A stretch of 63,989 bases of DNA, counting the filler, from Thermoplasmatota archaeon (GTDB lineage: Archaea; Thermoplasmatota; E2; JACPAO01; JAHFTW01), in assembly GCA_041623215.1 (NCBI GenBank). It is 9 parts of 9 records of this genome, joined end to end, with 100 filler letters (N's around TTAATTAATTAA, not from the genome) between each part and the next. Parts side by side here need not be neighbours in the genome. Positions count along the whole stretch, not along the records: positions 45,632 to 52,867 come from JBFJXH010000085.1; positions 52,968 to 60,122 come from JBFJXH010000086.1; 7 more parts are not named here. One strand, 5' to 3'. The notes beneath the pieces are model-generated. The model was not told where the DNA came from, did not search any database, and saw nothing but the letters and a program-made list of their open reading frames with translations. This document shows, one piece after another, positions 49,520 to 58,253 of this stretch (positions are counted from its first letter, which is position 1; every line of letters starts with the position of its first letter). Both the position numbers and the translations under genes were made by a program.

Positions 49520-50647
49520 GTGGCCCGCATCCTGATGCTGCTGTCCAAGCCATGTCGCTTCGACGGGCGCGTCATGCGCGAAGCCCACAGCTTGCAGTCG
49601 GACGGCCATGAAGTCACCATCTTGGAGTGGGCACGGCAGGAGCCTGAAGCCCCTCAGAACGAGGTCGTGGATGGCGTCTCCGTGATGCGCGTCTTTGACG
49701 CGCCCGACCGTTCGATGACGCGACGCATGATTCGATGGTGGAAACGGGGAACCCACGCCGCTTGCAACTGGGCTTCCGACCAGGCCCAGGGAGCGGTTGA
49801 CGTCGTGCATGCGCATGACTTAGACACCTTGCCGATTGCGGCGCGACTGCGACGTCGTGGGGTTGCCCGGCACGTCGTCTTTGACGCGCATGAACGATAC
49901 GGCCACATGATTCGCGTCGAGGCGGGTTGGCTGGCGTCGGCCGCTGCCGAGGCGCTGGAGCGCCGCTTGCTGGGCCACGTCGATTTGGTCATCACGTGTA
50001 GCGATGACTTTGCCCGCCATTACAGGAAACGGGGCAAACGCGTAGCGACCGTATTCAACTCGTTTTGGCGCCAAGATACGACCAACGTCTCGTTTCCGGC
50101 CGCTGCATCTGCATGCTACTTCGGCACCCTTAGCCACGACCGCCTGTGGCCCCAACTGGCACATGCGTTTGCCGAGGCCAAAGGCCTCAAGCTCGTTGCG
50201 GCCGGCAAGCGTGAAGGTGCATTCGAGGCCCTGGCGGCGATGGATTCACCTTTCGTCGAGTTTCTGGGCACCCTGCCGCATGAAGAAATTCTTCCCCGTA
50301 CCCAGGCTAGTACCCTTGTCCTCCTGCCGTGGGACCCGCGTAACCCCCAATACCGGGTCCAGATTGCCAACAAGGTGTACGATGCCATGGCTGCCGGGCG
50401 ACCCATTGTTGCCACCAAGGGCACAGCTCCAGGCGCGTTCGTCGAACAACACGGCATCGGCATTGCCGTTCCCTACGAGGCTCAGGCTTTCGTAGAACAA
50501 GCCACTCGCCTCGCGAGCGACCCCGGGGCCTGCAAACTCATGGCCGAGAAGGGTCGCGCGCTCTTCGAGAAAACGTTCCACTGGGAGGCTCAGGAAGATC
50601 AACTTCGAAGCGCATATCAAACGCTGCTGGGAGGGGAGGCGACGTGA
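49520..50647 (+). CDS. Glycosyltransferase family 4
   Basis: DGRVMREA, VHAHD, FDAHE, NKVYDAMAAGRPIVAT. Confidence 0.9.
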   Translation: MARILMLLSKPCRFDGRVMREAHSLQSDGHEVTILEWARQEPEAPQNEVVDGVSVMRVFDAPDRSMTRRMIRWWKRGTHAACNWASDQAQGAVDVVHAHDLDTLPIAARLRRRGVARHVVFDAHERYGHMIRVEAGWLASAAAEALERRLLGHVDLVITCSDDFARHYRKRGKRVATVFNSFWRQDTTNVSFPAAASACYFGTLSHDRLWPQLAHAFAEAKGLKLVAAGKREGAFEALAAMDSPFVEFLGTLPHEEILPRTQASTLVLLPWDPRNPQYRVQIANKVYDAMAAGRPIVATKGTAPGAFVEQHGIGIAVPYEAQAFVEQATRLASDPGACKLMAEKGRALFEKTFHWEAQEDQLRSAYQTLLGGEAT

Positions 50648-51858
50648 GCCCACAACGGGTAGCGGTGGTGGGTCTGGGCTACGTCGGGCTGCCTCTTCTG
50701 ACCCTGCTGAACAGCCGGGGCCACACTGCCGTGGGCCTTGATTTGAGCACATCTGCCGTGGCAAAAGCAAAAGCGCTCGGCCTTCGCGCCACCGTGGAAC
50801 CGGCGGAAGCGTTCGCCCAATCTAACGCCATCATCATCTGCGTCCCCACGCCGGTTGACGACGGTCGAGTCCCCGACTACACGCATCTTTCGGCAGCGGT
50901 TGACAGTATCAAGCAGCATGCCCCTCACGACGTGCTAACCATCGTGGAGTCTACGGTGGGCCCGGGCGCTACGCAACAGTTCGTGGCTGAGCCGTTGGCC
51001 GCCGCCTGGGGCCACGCGGTAGCAGTCGCCCATTGCCCGGAGCGCCTGGATCCCGGCAACGAGGAGTGGCCCCTCGAAGCCATCCCGCGCGTCATTGCGG
51101 GTAACAACGAGGCAGCCACGGCTGCCGCGACGGCCCTGTATGCCCAGCTCCTGGACGCCCCCTTAACGCCTGTTTCTAGCTTGCTGGCCGCCGAGGCGGT
51201 GAAGGTGGTTGAGAACAGTTTTCGCGATGTCAACATCGCGTTCGTGAACGAGTTGGCCATGAGCTTCGACAAAATGGGATTGGATGTCGTCGAGGTCATC
51301 GAAGGCGCCAGTTCCAAGCCGTTTGGCTTCATGCCCCATTGGCCAGGCTGCGGCGTGGGCGGCCATTGCATTCCGGTTGACCCCTACTACCTAATCGAGC
51401 GCGCGGCAGGCGTTGGATTCGACCATCGCTTTATGCGCCTGGCCCGCGAAATCAACGAAACAATGCCGGACTATACAGTTCGGCGTCTCCTCGACCTTCT
51501 CGCAGAACAAGGCCTCGAGGTGAGCAAGAGCAAAGTGGCCATTCTGGGAACAGCGTACAAGCCAGGGGTTGCCGATGCGCGTGGCAGCCCGGGCCAGGCG
51601 ATGGCCAGCTTGCTTGCGGCGGCCGGCGCAGATGTGGTCCTCTACGACCCGTACGTAGAGCCGGGCCACGCAAGTCTCGAGGCGGCCCTCACCGGTTGCG
51701 ATGCAGCGATTCTAGCAACCGCTCACCCAGAATTCGTTGCCGCTACTCCAGCGACGTGGCAGGGCCTGAGCGTGCTGGTGGATGGTCGAAACGCCCTGGA
51801 CGGGCCGGCGATTCAGGCCCAAGGTGTCACCTACACTGGCGTGGGGCGGCGGGCGTGA
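50644..51858 (+). CDS. Nucleotide-sugar dehydrogenase (UDP-GlcNAc/ManNAc 6-dehydrogenase family)
   Basis: GLGYVGLP, CVPTP, ESTVGPG, CPER, KVVENSFRDVNIA, VGGHCIPVDP. Confidence 0.93.
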   Translation: MSPQRVAVVGLGYVGLPLLTLLNSRGHTAVGLDLSTSAVAKAKALGLRATVEPAEAFAQSNAIIICVPTPVDDGRVPDYTHLSAAVDSIKQHAPHDVLTIVESTVGPGATQQFVAEPLAAAWGHAVAVAHCPERLDPGNEEWPLEAIPRVIAGNNEAATAAATALYAQLLDAPLTPVSSLLAAEAVKVVENSFRDVNIAFVNELAMSFDKMGLDVVEVIEGASSKPFGFMPHWPGCGVGGHCIPVDPYYLIERAAGVGFDHRFMRLAREINETMPDYTVRRLLDLLAEQGLEVSKSKVAILGTAYKPGVADARGSPGQAMASLLAAAGADVVLYDPYVEPGHASLEAALTGCDAAILATAHPEFVAATPATWQGLSVLVDGRNALDGPAIQAQGVTYTGVGRRA

Positions 51859-52757
51859 CGCATCGGCTCCTGGTGGTCACACCGGCGAAGGATGAGGCCG
51901 GCGACCTGCCCGATGTCATTGAGGCGGTGGTGCGCCAGTCGAAGCGCCCTGCCGTGTGGGTCATCGTTGACGACGGGAGCGAGGACGAAACGCCAGCCAT
52001 TGCCAAGGCGGCGGCGGCAAGCCATGACTGGATCTTGTATCACCGTCGACAGCCGGGCGGCCGCGACTTGTTTGGTCGCTATGCTGACGTCGTCGGCGAC
52101 GGATTGACCGTTGCCATCGACGCGGCTCGCGAACGCAGCATCGCATGGACCCACCTTGGCATCTTGGACGCCGACATCATCCCCAGCGAGCAATACTGGG
52201 CCACCGTACTGGACTTCATGGCTCAGGATGCCAACCGCGGCGTCTACGGCGGCCAAATCTTCATCCCGGACGCAGACAAATGGCGCCTCGAGACGGCCGA
52301 AACGCACCGTCCCCGGGGTGGCAACCGCGTGTTTACGCGCGCCTGCCACGAGGCAATTGGGGGATGGCCCCGCACGGCAGCGCCAGATACAGTTCAGGAC
52401 ATCAAGGCTGAATCAACCGGCTACCAGATTGGCATCGTTCCCGATGCGCCCTGCCGACAGACGCGCCCCACCAACACCGCCAGCGGCCGCTTTCAGGGCG
52501 CGCTCAATACAGGAAAAACGCGGCATTACTTGGGATACCGGCCCCTTAACGTCGTTGTGGAAGCCTTACGGGCGGGTCGGGGCGACCCCCGCGTACTCGT
52601 TGGAAGCACCCTCGGTTACTGGCGTGCTCGCAGACAACGCGTCCCGCAGGTCCCCGAACCCGTGGTGCACGAACATTTTGCCAAGTGGCGCCTGCGCCAC
52701 GCGCTTGTGAGGGCGTGGAAGGGGCGTCGAGGCGGCCAGCGGCCGCAGACAAGCTAG
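51855..52757 (+). CDS. Glycosyltransferase family 2
   Basis: VVTPAKDE, IVDDGSEDET, ILDAD, AIGGW. Confidence 0.88.
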   Translation: MTHRLLVVTPAKDEAGDLPDVIEAVVRQSKRPAVWVIVDDGSEDETPAIAKAAAASHDWILYHRRQPGGRDLFGRYADVVGDGLTVAIDAARERSIAWTHLGILDADIIPSEQYWATVLDFMAQDANRGVYGGQIFIPDADKWRLETAETHRPRGGNRVFTRACHEAIGGWPRTAAPDTVQDIKAESTGYQIGIVPDAPCRQTRPTNTASGRFQGALNTGKTRHYLGYRPLNVVVEALRAGRGDPRVLVGSTLGYWRARRQRVPQVPEPVVHEHFAKWRLRHALVRAWKGRRGGQRPQTS

Positions 52758-52867
52758 GCGCGCGCTTGCGTCAGCACTTCGTGGAAGCGGCGCGCCATGG
52801 TGGCGTGCGACCACGGCTCTAGTTCATTTGCGGACCTACGCCAGGCATCGTGGTTGCCCGCCCGCCA
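52754..52867 (-). CDS. C-terminal fragment, probably a glycosyltransferase
   Basis: ...PWSHATMARRFHEVLTQARA* resembles a GT4 terminal helix; converges on the glycan cluster. Confidence 0.4.
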   Translation of the reverse strand, partial: WRAGNHDAWRRSANELEPWSHATMARRFHEVLTQARA

Positions 52868-52967
52868 NNNNNNNNNNNNNNNNNNNNNNNNNNNNNNNNN
52901 NNNNNNNNNNNTTAATTAATTAANNNNNNNNNNNNNNNNNNNNNNNNNNNNNNNNNNNNNNNNNNNN

Positions 52968-53402
52968 CACGGCAACTTGCAAATGCTCAGCATTGACCGC
53001 CGCGACGAATCCAACATCGACGAGCTGAACCGGCTGGGCTCCATTAAGGAACTGCAGGAGCACGGCATTGACCCGTCCTTCGTCGTCACGGGCAACATCC
53101 CGATGGTCATCCGCGAATCGTTGCTGCCCAAGGTCTTCCAAATGGGCGAAGGCGTCGTGCGTGAATCCTACCGCCGCTTCGGTGGGCTCTGGGGACCGTT
53201 CTGCCTCGAAACCGTGGTGACGCCGGATCTCGAGTTCAAGGTGTTCGAGATTAGCGCGCGCATTGTGGCCGGCACCAACCCGTTCATCGCCGGCAGCCCC
53301 TACACGGAGATGATCGAGCCCGGCATGAGCACTGGGCTACGCATTGCCAAGGACATCCAGAAGGCAGCACGCACCGGCCAACTTGGGACCATTTGTAGTT
53401 AG
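52968..53402 (+). CDS. purP: FAICAR synthetase, archaeal ATP-grasp (5'-truncated)
   Basis: SIDRRDESNID, GNIPMVIRESLL, GPFCLE, FEISARIVAGTN, MSTGLRIA. Confidence 0.92.
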   Translation, partial: HGNLQMLSIDRRDESNIDELNRLGSIKELQEHGIDPSFVVTGNIPMVIRESLLPKVFQMGEGVVRESYRRFGGLWGPFCLETVVTPDLEFKVFEISARIVAGTNPFIAGSPYTEMIEPGMSTGLRIAKDIQKAARTGQLGTICS

Positions 53403-53436
53403 AGCGGAGCGTCACGGCCGCCTCGGCCGGCGCACC

Positions 53437-53673
53437 CTACGTCATGAGCCAGTACACGATGAAGCCGAAGCCCATCGTTGTGTACGCCGCACTTACCAGC
53501 CAAGCCCACTTCAAAATCAGGGCCCGACGCGCCCCCTCGGGCGTCGTCGCATCAAGACCATTTGCTTCCGGCTCGGGCCGGTAGGGGTCATACTTGCTGA
53601 AGGCCACGACGACGGCGCGTACGCCACGCGACATAAGCGTTACCGGACACGAGACTCCCCCGGGCCGGGACAC
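53437..53673 (-). CDS. Small membrane protein
   Basis: Single C-terminal TM helix (WAWLVSAAYTTMGFGFIVYW). Start uncertain. Confidence 0.5.
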   Translation of the reverse strand: MSRPGGVSCPVTLMSRGVRAVVVAFSKYDPYRPEPEANGLDATTPEGARRALILKWAWLVSAAYTTMGFGFIVYWLMT

Positions 53674-53691
53674 GCTGGGGGCCGAGCCCCC

Positions 53692-55047
53692 CTAGGAAAC
53701 GCCGTATTTGGTCAGCACTTTGCCGTCGATCTGGGTGCGCATCTCAACCGGCAATTCCAGCCGCGCCGCGAGGCGGTCCAGCGTCTTGCGTTCCTTCTCA
53801 GTGAGGATTCCGTCACCGGCTAACATTTCGGCCGTGGTCGTGTAGATTTCGACGCGCTTGCGCTGTAGGCCCCGATCATCTTCTTCGCCCTCCACGGCCG
53901 GGAACGCCATGTCTGCAATCTTGGCGGCTAGCGTTTGCACGGGGCTTAGCGCCAGGGCCACCAACACGGCTCCGGCAACCGCGATGAGGTTGTTGTCGGC
54001 TTCCGGTAGTTGGCGCTCAATCAACTCACTCGTGATGATGAATACCGCCGGGAACACGGACACGACCACGCCCCGGCGGAAGCCAGTCTTCACTCGAAGG
54101 TCCACGTCAAAGAGATGGTGGCGCAGGAGGGCATAGGTCACCAGCGCCGGCAGGCTTAGCCGCCACAAAGCGACCGGGACCGTATTCAACCATTGTAGGC
54201 CCCCCTCGGCGGGCAGGAAAAAATCAATCAGCGCCAACGTCAGACTCCCCGTAACCAGCCACATGAAGCGCGAGTAGAAGCGCATCGTGGCAACAAACTG
54301 GCCATCGTTGGTGGACCGGGCGGCGCGACGTAACTCCCACCAGGCAATGCCAACTGCAACGGCACTGCCCACAATGAGAAGCAATCGTAAGTTGACGTCG
54401 TAGCCAGCTTCTCGCACCAAGATTCCCAACAGGACCCCCACCCCATCATACCATGCACTAACGCCGAAGCCGAGACTCATGAACAGCATGGTTTGCCGCA
54501 TGTGGCCCGGCGGGTCGGCCATGGCCTTCCGGGCAAACCACCAGGCAATGGCGCCCTGCGCCAAGTACAACATGCCCAGCGTCAACGCGAGAGGGCCATC
54601 AAGACGTGGCCACAGCGTACCGGTTTCAGGAATCTCTCGGTAGGTGGTCCACAACGTTGGGTTCCACGCGTAGAGCGCCCACAGAATGCCGATGACGGCC
54701 AGCAGCAGCGCGCCAGCCCAGGGGCTGTTGCCCAGCCAGCCTCGCCGCCGAGGATAAGTTGAGGCGAACCAGAGGAGCAGGAATGGCAGCGGTATCGTAA
54801 ACCACGCCTGTAGCTTGCTCCAGAAGAGAACCATGTCCGGATTGGGCATTTGGAAAATGGCATTCGACCACAGAAACGTGGCCGCCATGGAAGCCGCCCG
54901 CAGCACTAGATAGGACGCGAAAATGATGCTTGCCGGATGCTGGAATCCTACGCGAAACAGCACGAAGACCAACGCAAACATCGCCAGAATGGAAATTAGG
55001 AACAGCAGCGCGCCCGGCACCAGCAGCACGTCCCAATCCCAAATCAC
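53692..55047 (-). CDS. Multi-pass membrane sensor-like protein with C-terminal TerB-like helical domain
   Basis: HisKA_7TM-like N-terminus (FASTYP; YALLRHHLFDVD); tail DGILTEKERKTLDRLAARLEL; no kinase domain. Confidence 0.65.
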   Translation of the reverse strand: MIWDWDVLLVPGALLFLISILAMFALVFVLFRVGFQHPASIIFASYLVLRAASMAATFLWSNAIFQMPNPDMVLFWSKLQAWFTIPLPFLLLWFASTYPRRRGWLGNSPWAGALLLAVIGILWALYAWNPTLWTTYREIPETGTLWPRLDGPLALTLGMLYLAQGAIAWWFARKAMADPPGHMRQTMLFMSLGFGVSAWYDGVGVLLGILVREAGYDVNLRLLLIVGSAVAVGIAWWELRRAARSTNDGQFVATMRFYSRFMWLVTGSLTLALIDFFLPAEGGLQWLNTVPVALWRLSLPALVTYALLRHHLFDVDLRVKTGFRRGVVVSVFPAVFIITSELIERQLPEADNNLIAVAGAVLVALALSPVQTLAAKIADMAFPAVEGEEDDRGLQRKRVEIYTTTAEMLAGDGILTEKERKTLDRLAARLELPVEMRTQIDGKVLTKYGVS

Positions 55048-55152
55048 GGCTCCGCATCGCCGGGGCGTTTCAAGGTTGTCGTGCGTGGTGCCGCAGCCCA
55101 TGACCAAAATGCTAAGGTGCCGAAATCGGTCAAGCGGCTGGTTGGTAGAACC

Positions 55153-58100
55153 ATGACGCGTTACACCTTCGTAGCCATTGCTTGCCTAACCGTTGCCTTC
55201 GTTGCTGGCATGGCCGTTGCTGATGCAAGCCCAGATTCGCGAGACGGCCATGATTCGAGTGGTTCCGTCACGAACGGCGATTCCGACAGCGCGGGCTCCG
55301 ACCTCGCCCGGGCTGTTGAGGGCAGCATCCCTGACCAAACCATGGGCACTTGCGCTCCGGGCTTTGGCTGCGAAGCAGCCGTTGACTATCCGGAATTGGT
55401 AGATGAAATGGGCGACCACATGTTCGGGAACCTCATCATGAAGGACCGCGCCCAGGTTCGCATGCAAGATGGCGCCATCATCTTTGGATCTACACCCGCC
55501 GAACTCCAGGATGGCCAAATCCATGAAGACGATCTGATGGACTTCTCCTTGCCTAACGGCCTCAGCCGCATTGGCGCCCAGGACGCCTTCCTCCACATGC
55601 CCGTGAGTGTCACGGATTCGCTTCAAATTAAATCCGGCGGCGCTATCATCATTCAGGACGGCGCCGACTTAGTCATCGAGGACGGCGGAGGCATCGTGCA
55701 ATCTGGCGGTGACGCCCTCATCACGACCGAAGACAACTTCACCGTGAAGGTCAACCAGGACGTCGCAATTTTCGTGCAGGAAACGGCGAATGCCCCGGAG
55801 GTTGGCATTGGCACGGATGACCCGCTTGACACCTTGGATGTCAACGGCAACATCGTGCCCCACGTGAATGCTAGTTTCACATTGGGCCGGCCCGACTTAC
55901 GGTGGACCGACCTTTACCTTAATTCTGTCATTCACCACAACGGCGACCTCGTATTCCAGAACAGCGCGGGCGCCGAAACCGCCCGGTTGGGTACCTCCGG
56001 CTTCCTCGAGGTTGCAAACGGCGCCTCGATTGGCGGCAACATCACGGCCGTCGGCGGCATTTACGCGCTGCAAGGCGGCTACATCGCAAACGGCTTGCAT
56101 GTTGGCGGCGCCATGACGGCCGATTCATTTCCACAAATTACACCGGCGGCCATCGGGGCGGTGGCTATTGATCTATCCTGCCCTGCCAGTGAATACCTGG
56201 TGGGCCACGACGCCAATGGCGTTCTCTGTGAACCGCTGCCACCTGAAACGCTGGGCTGGAGTCTCACCGGCAATGCCGGCTTGACGCCAGGCGCGGCATT
56301 CCTTGGGACCACGGACAATGTACGGTTGGACTTGCGGCAGAACGACGTCACCGTGGTGAGCGTTTTCCGCCCGACAAGTGGCGACGACACGCCGCATGTC
56401 ATCCTCGGCAACGTTGCCTCCCACACGGTTCAAACCAATCCCTTCGCCGAGAACGGTGCCACCATTAGTGGCGGGCGAAACCATGTCACGTACGGGCGTT
56501 TGCCGACCATCGGTGGCGGTGACGCCAACCAGGCCAAGCACGACTTTGCGACCGTGGCGGGCGGCTTCGACAACGTGGCAAGCGGCTACGCCTCAGCCAT
56601 CGGCGGCGGCTACAACAATGACAACGCAGGCTCCTATTCGACCATTGCAGGCGGCATCAACCACTACGTTGGAGGGGTCCAGTATGCGACCATTAGCGGC
56701 GGCTACCAGAACGCGGCGGGTGCAGCGGCATCGGTCGGCGACGGCCTCCGCAATACCGCGACTCAAACGAGCACCATTGCTGGTGGTTCAGACAATTTGG
56801 CACAGGGGACCAACGGCGCCGTCGGCGGAGGCTCCAACAACGGCATCTGGGCAGGCCAGTACAGTACCATCGCCGGGGGAATCAACAACTACGTCGCGTC
56901 CAGCCGTGCGTTCATCGGCGGCGGCGAGGCCAATTACGCCGGCCCAGGCGATTATGTCACAATCGCGGGCGGGCGGGACAACACGGTCGGCCTCAGCATC
57001 TACGATGTCACCCATTACGGCACGGTCGCCGGCGGCCGTGACAACCTCGTGGTCGACAACTACGGCACCATCGGCGGCGGCTACCAGAACACCGTTGGAA
57101 CTAGCGGCGTCGGCGCGACGCCTGGGCCGTACGCGACCGTTGCCGGCGGCCAAGGCAACACGGCCAGCGGGATTCAAGCATCGGTTGGCGGCGGGCTCTC
57201 CAACACCGCCAGCGGCCCCCGCGCCACCGTAGCCGGGGGGGCCAGCAACCAGGCGACGCAATGGGATTCATTCGTCGGCGGCGGCATCCTCAATACCGCG
57301 TCAGCGACCGGCTCAGCGGTGGGGGGCGGACAGGGCAACGTGGCCGCAGGGCTGCATTCGTTCGTAGGCTCCGGGACGTCAAATAACAATTCCGCGCAAG
57401 GCGGTGCCATCGGGGGCGGCAATGCCAACCAGATCACGGGTCGCTGGGCCACCATTCCTGGTGGTGCCAGCAATCTAGCTGGGGGCGACTACTCGGTCGC
57501 CATGGGCCGGCAAGCTCAGGCCACCCACTTCGGGGCACTCGTTTGGGCAGATGCCAATGCATTCAACTTCACATCCTCCGCCGCGAATGAATTCAGCGCC
57601 CGCAGCACCGGCGGCGCACGTTTCGTTTCAGCGATTGACGGGACCGGCGCACCCACTGCGGGCGTGGCTTTGGCACCGGGCGGCGGCTCATGGGCCACAA
57701 TTTCTGACCGTAACTTGAAGGAGAATATCGCGCCGGTCAATGCGGGTGCAGTACTCGATGCCGTCGCTTCGCTGCCCATCTCCGAATGGAACTACATCGC
57801 ACAACACGACAACGTGCGGCACATGGGTCCCATGGCACAGGATTTCCACGCGGCGTTCGGCCTCGGGCCGAGCGACCAAACCATTGACACGGTTGACGCG
57901 GACGGCGTCGCATTGGCCGCGATCCAAGGATTAAATTCTAAGCTGGAAGCGGAAAACGCGGAGCTTAGAACGATGCTCATCAGCATGGAGGACCGCCTCA
58001 GTGCGCTCGAGGCGGTGGGGGCAGGGAACACCCATCAAGCCGCCGGCACGGCGAGTCCCAACCTGGTCAAAACCCCCGCCAACACCCTAACCTTCGCGCT

Positions 58101-58179
58101 CGTCGCCGCAGGGGCCTTGGTTGGCGCCCTCCTTGCAGCCGGAGTCGCGTTGGGCCTCCGCCGAGTGAAAACAAGCTGA
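55153..58179 (+). CDS. Secreted tail-fibre/adhesin-like protein with Gly-rich ~14-aa repeats, peptidase S74-type intramolecular chaperone and C-terminal TM anchor
   Basis: Signal peptide; many (A/S)T(I/V)xGGxxNxA repeats; SDRNLKENI..W.Y..HMGPMAQDF..FGL, coiled coil, TM helix plus RRVK. Confidence 0.85.
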   Translation: MTRYTFVAIACLTVAFVAGMAVADASPDSRDGHDSSGSVTNGDSDSAGSDLARAVEGSIPDQTMGTCAPGFGCEAAVDYPELVDEMGDHMFGNLIMKDRAQVRMQDGAIIFGSTPAELQDGQIHEDDLMDFSLPNGLSRIGAQDAFLHMPVSVTDSLQIKSGGAIIIQDGADLVIEDGGGIVQSGGDALITTEDNFTVKVNQDVAIFVQETANAPEVGIGTDDPLDTLDVNGNIVPHVNASFTLGRPDLRWTDLYLNSVIHHNGDLVFQNSAGAETARLGTSGFLEVANGASIGGNITAVGGIYALQGGYIANGLHVGGAMTADSFPQITPAAIGAVAIDLSCPASEYLVGHDANGVLCEPLPPETLGWSLTGNAGLTPGAAFLGTTDNVRLDLRQNDVTVVSVFRPTSGDDTPHVILGNVASHTVQTNPFAENGATISGGRNHVTYGRLPTIGGGDANQAKHDFATVAGGFDNVASGYASAIGGGYNNDNAGSYSTIAGGINHYVGGVQYATISGGYQNAAGAAASVGDGLRNTATQTSTIAGGSDNLAQGTNGAVGGGSNNGIWAGQYSTIAGGINNYVASSRAFIGGGEANYAGPGDYVTIAGGRDNTVGLSIYDVTHYGTVAGGRDNLVVDNYGTIGGGYQNTVGTSGVGATPGPYATVAGGQGNTASGIQASVGGGLSNTASGPRATVAGGASNQATQWDSFVGGGILNTASATGSAVGGGQGNVAAGLHSFVGSGTSNNNSAQGGAIGGGNANQITGRWATIPGGASNLAGGDYSVAMGRQAQATHFGALVWADANAFNFTSSAANEFSARSTGGARFVSAIDGTGAPTAGVALAPGGGSWATISDRNLKENIAPVNAGAVLDAVASLPISEWNYIAQHDNVRHMGPMAQDFHAAFGLGPSDQTIDTVDADGVALAAIQGLNSKLEAENAELRTMLISMEDRLSALEAVGAGNTHQAAGTASPNLVKTPANTLTFALVAAGALVGALLAAGVALGLRRVKTS

Positions 58180-58253
58180 ATTGCTGCCCCGCGCGGCACC
58201 CTAGGCCAAAATGCTAAGGATTTGAGCGTTTTCGACCCCTTGGTGGTTGACCC

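Noticed and set aside
56450..57520. CRISPR-like periodicity
   Set aside because: Degenerate in-frame coding repeats (GGxxN). There is no constant repeat with unique spacers and no cas gene in the window.
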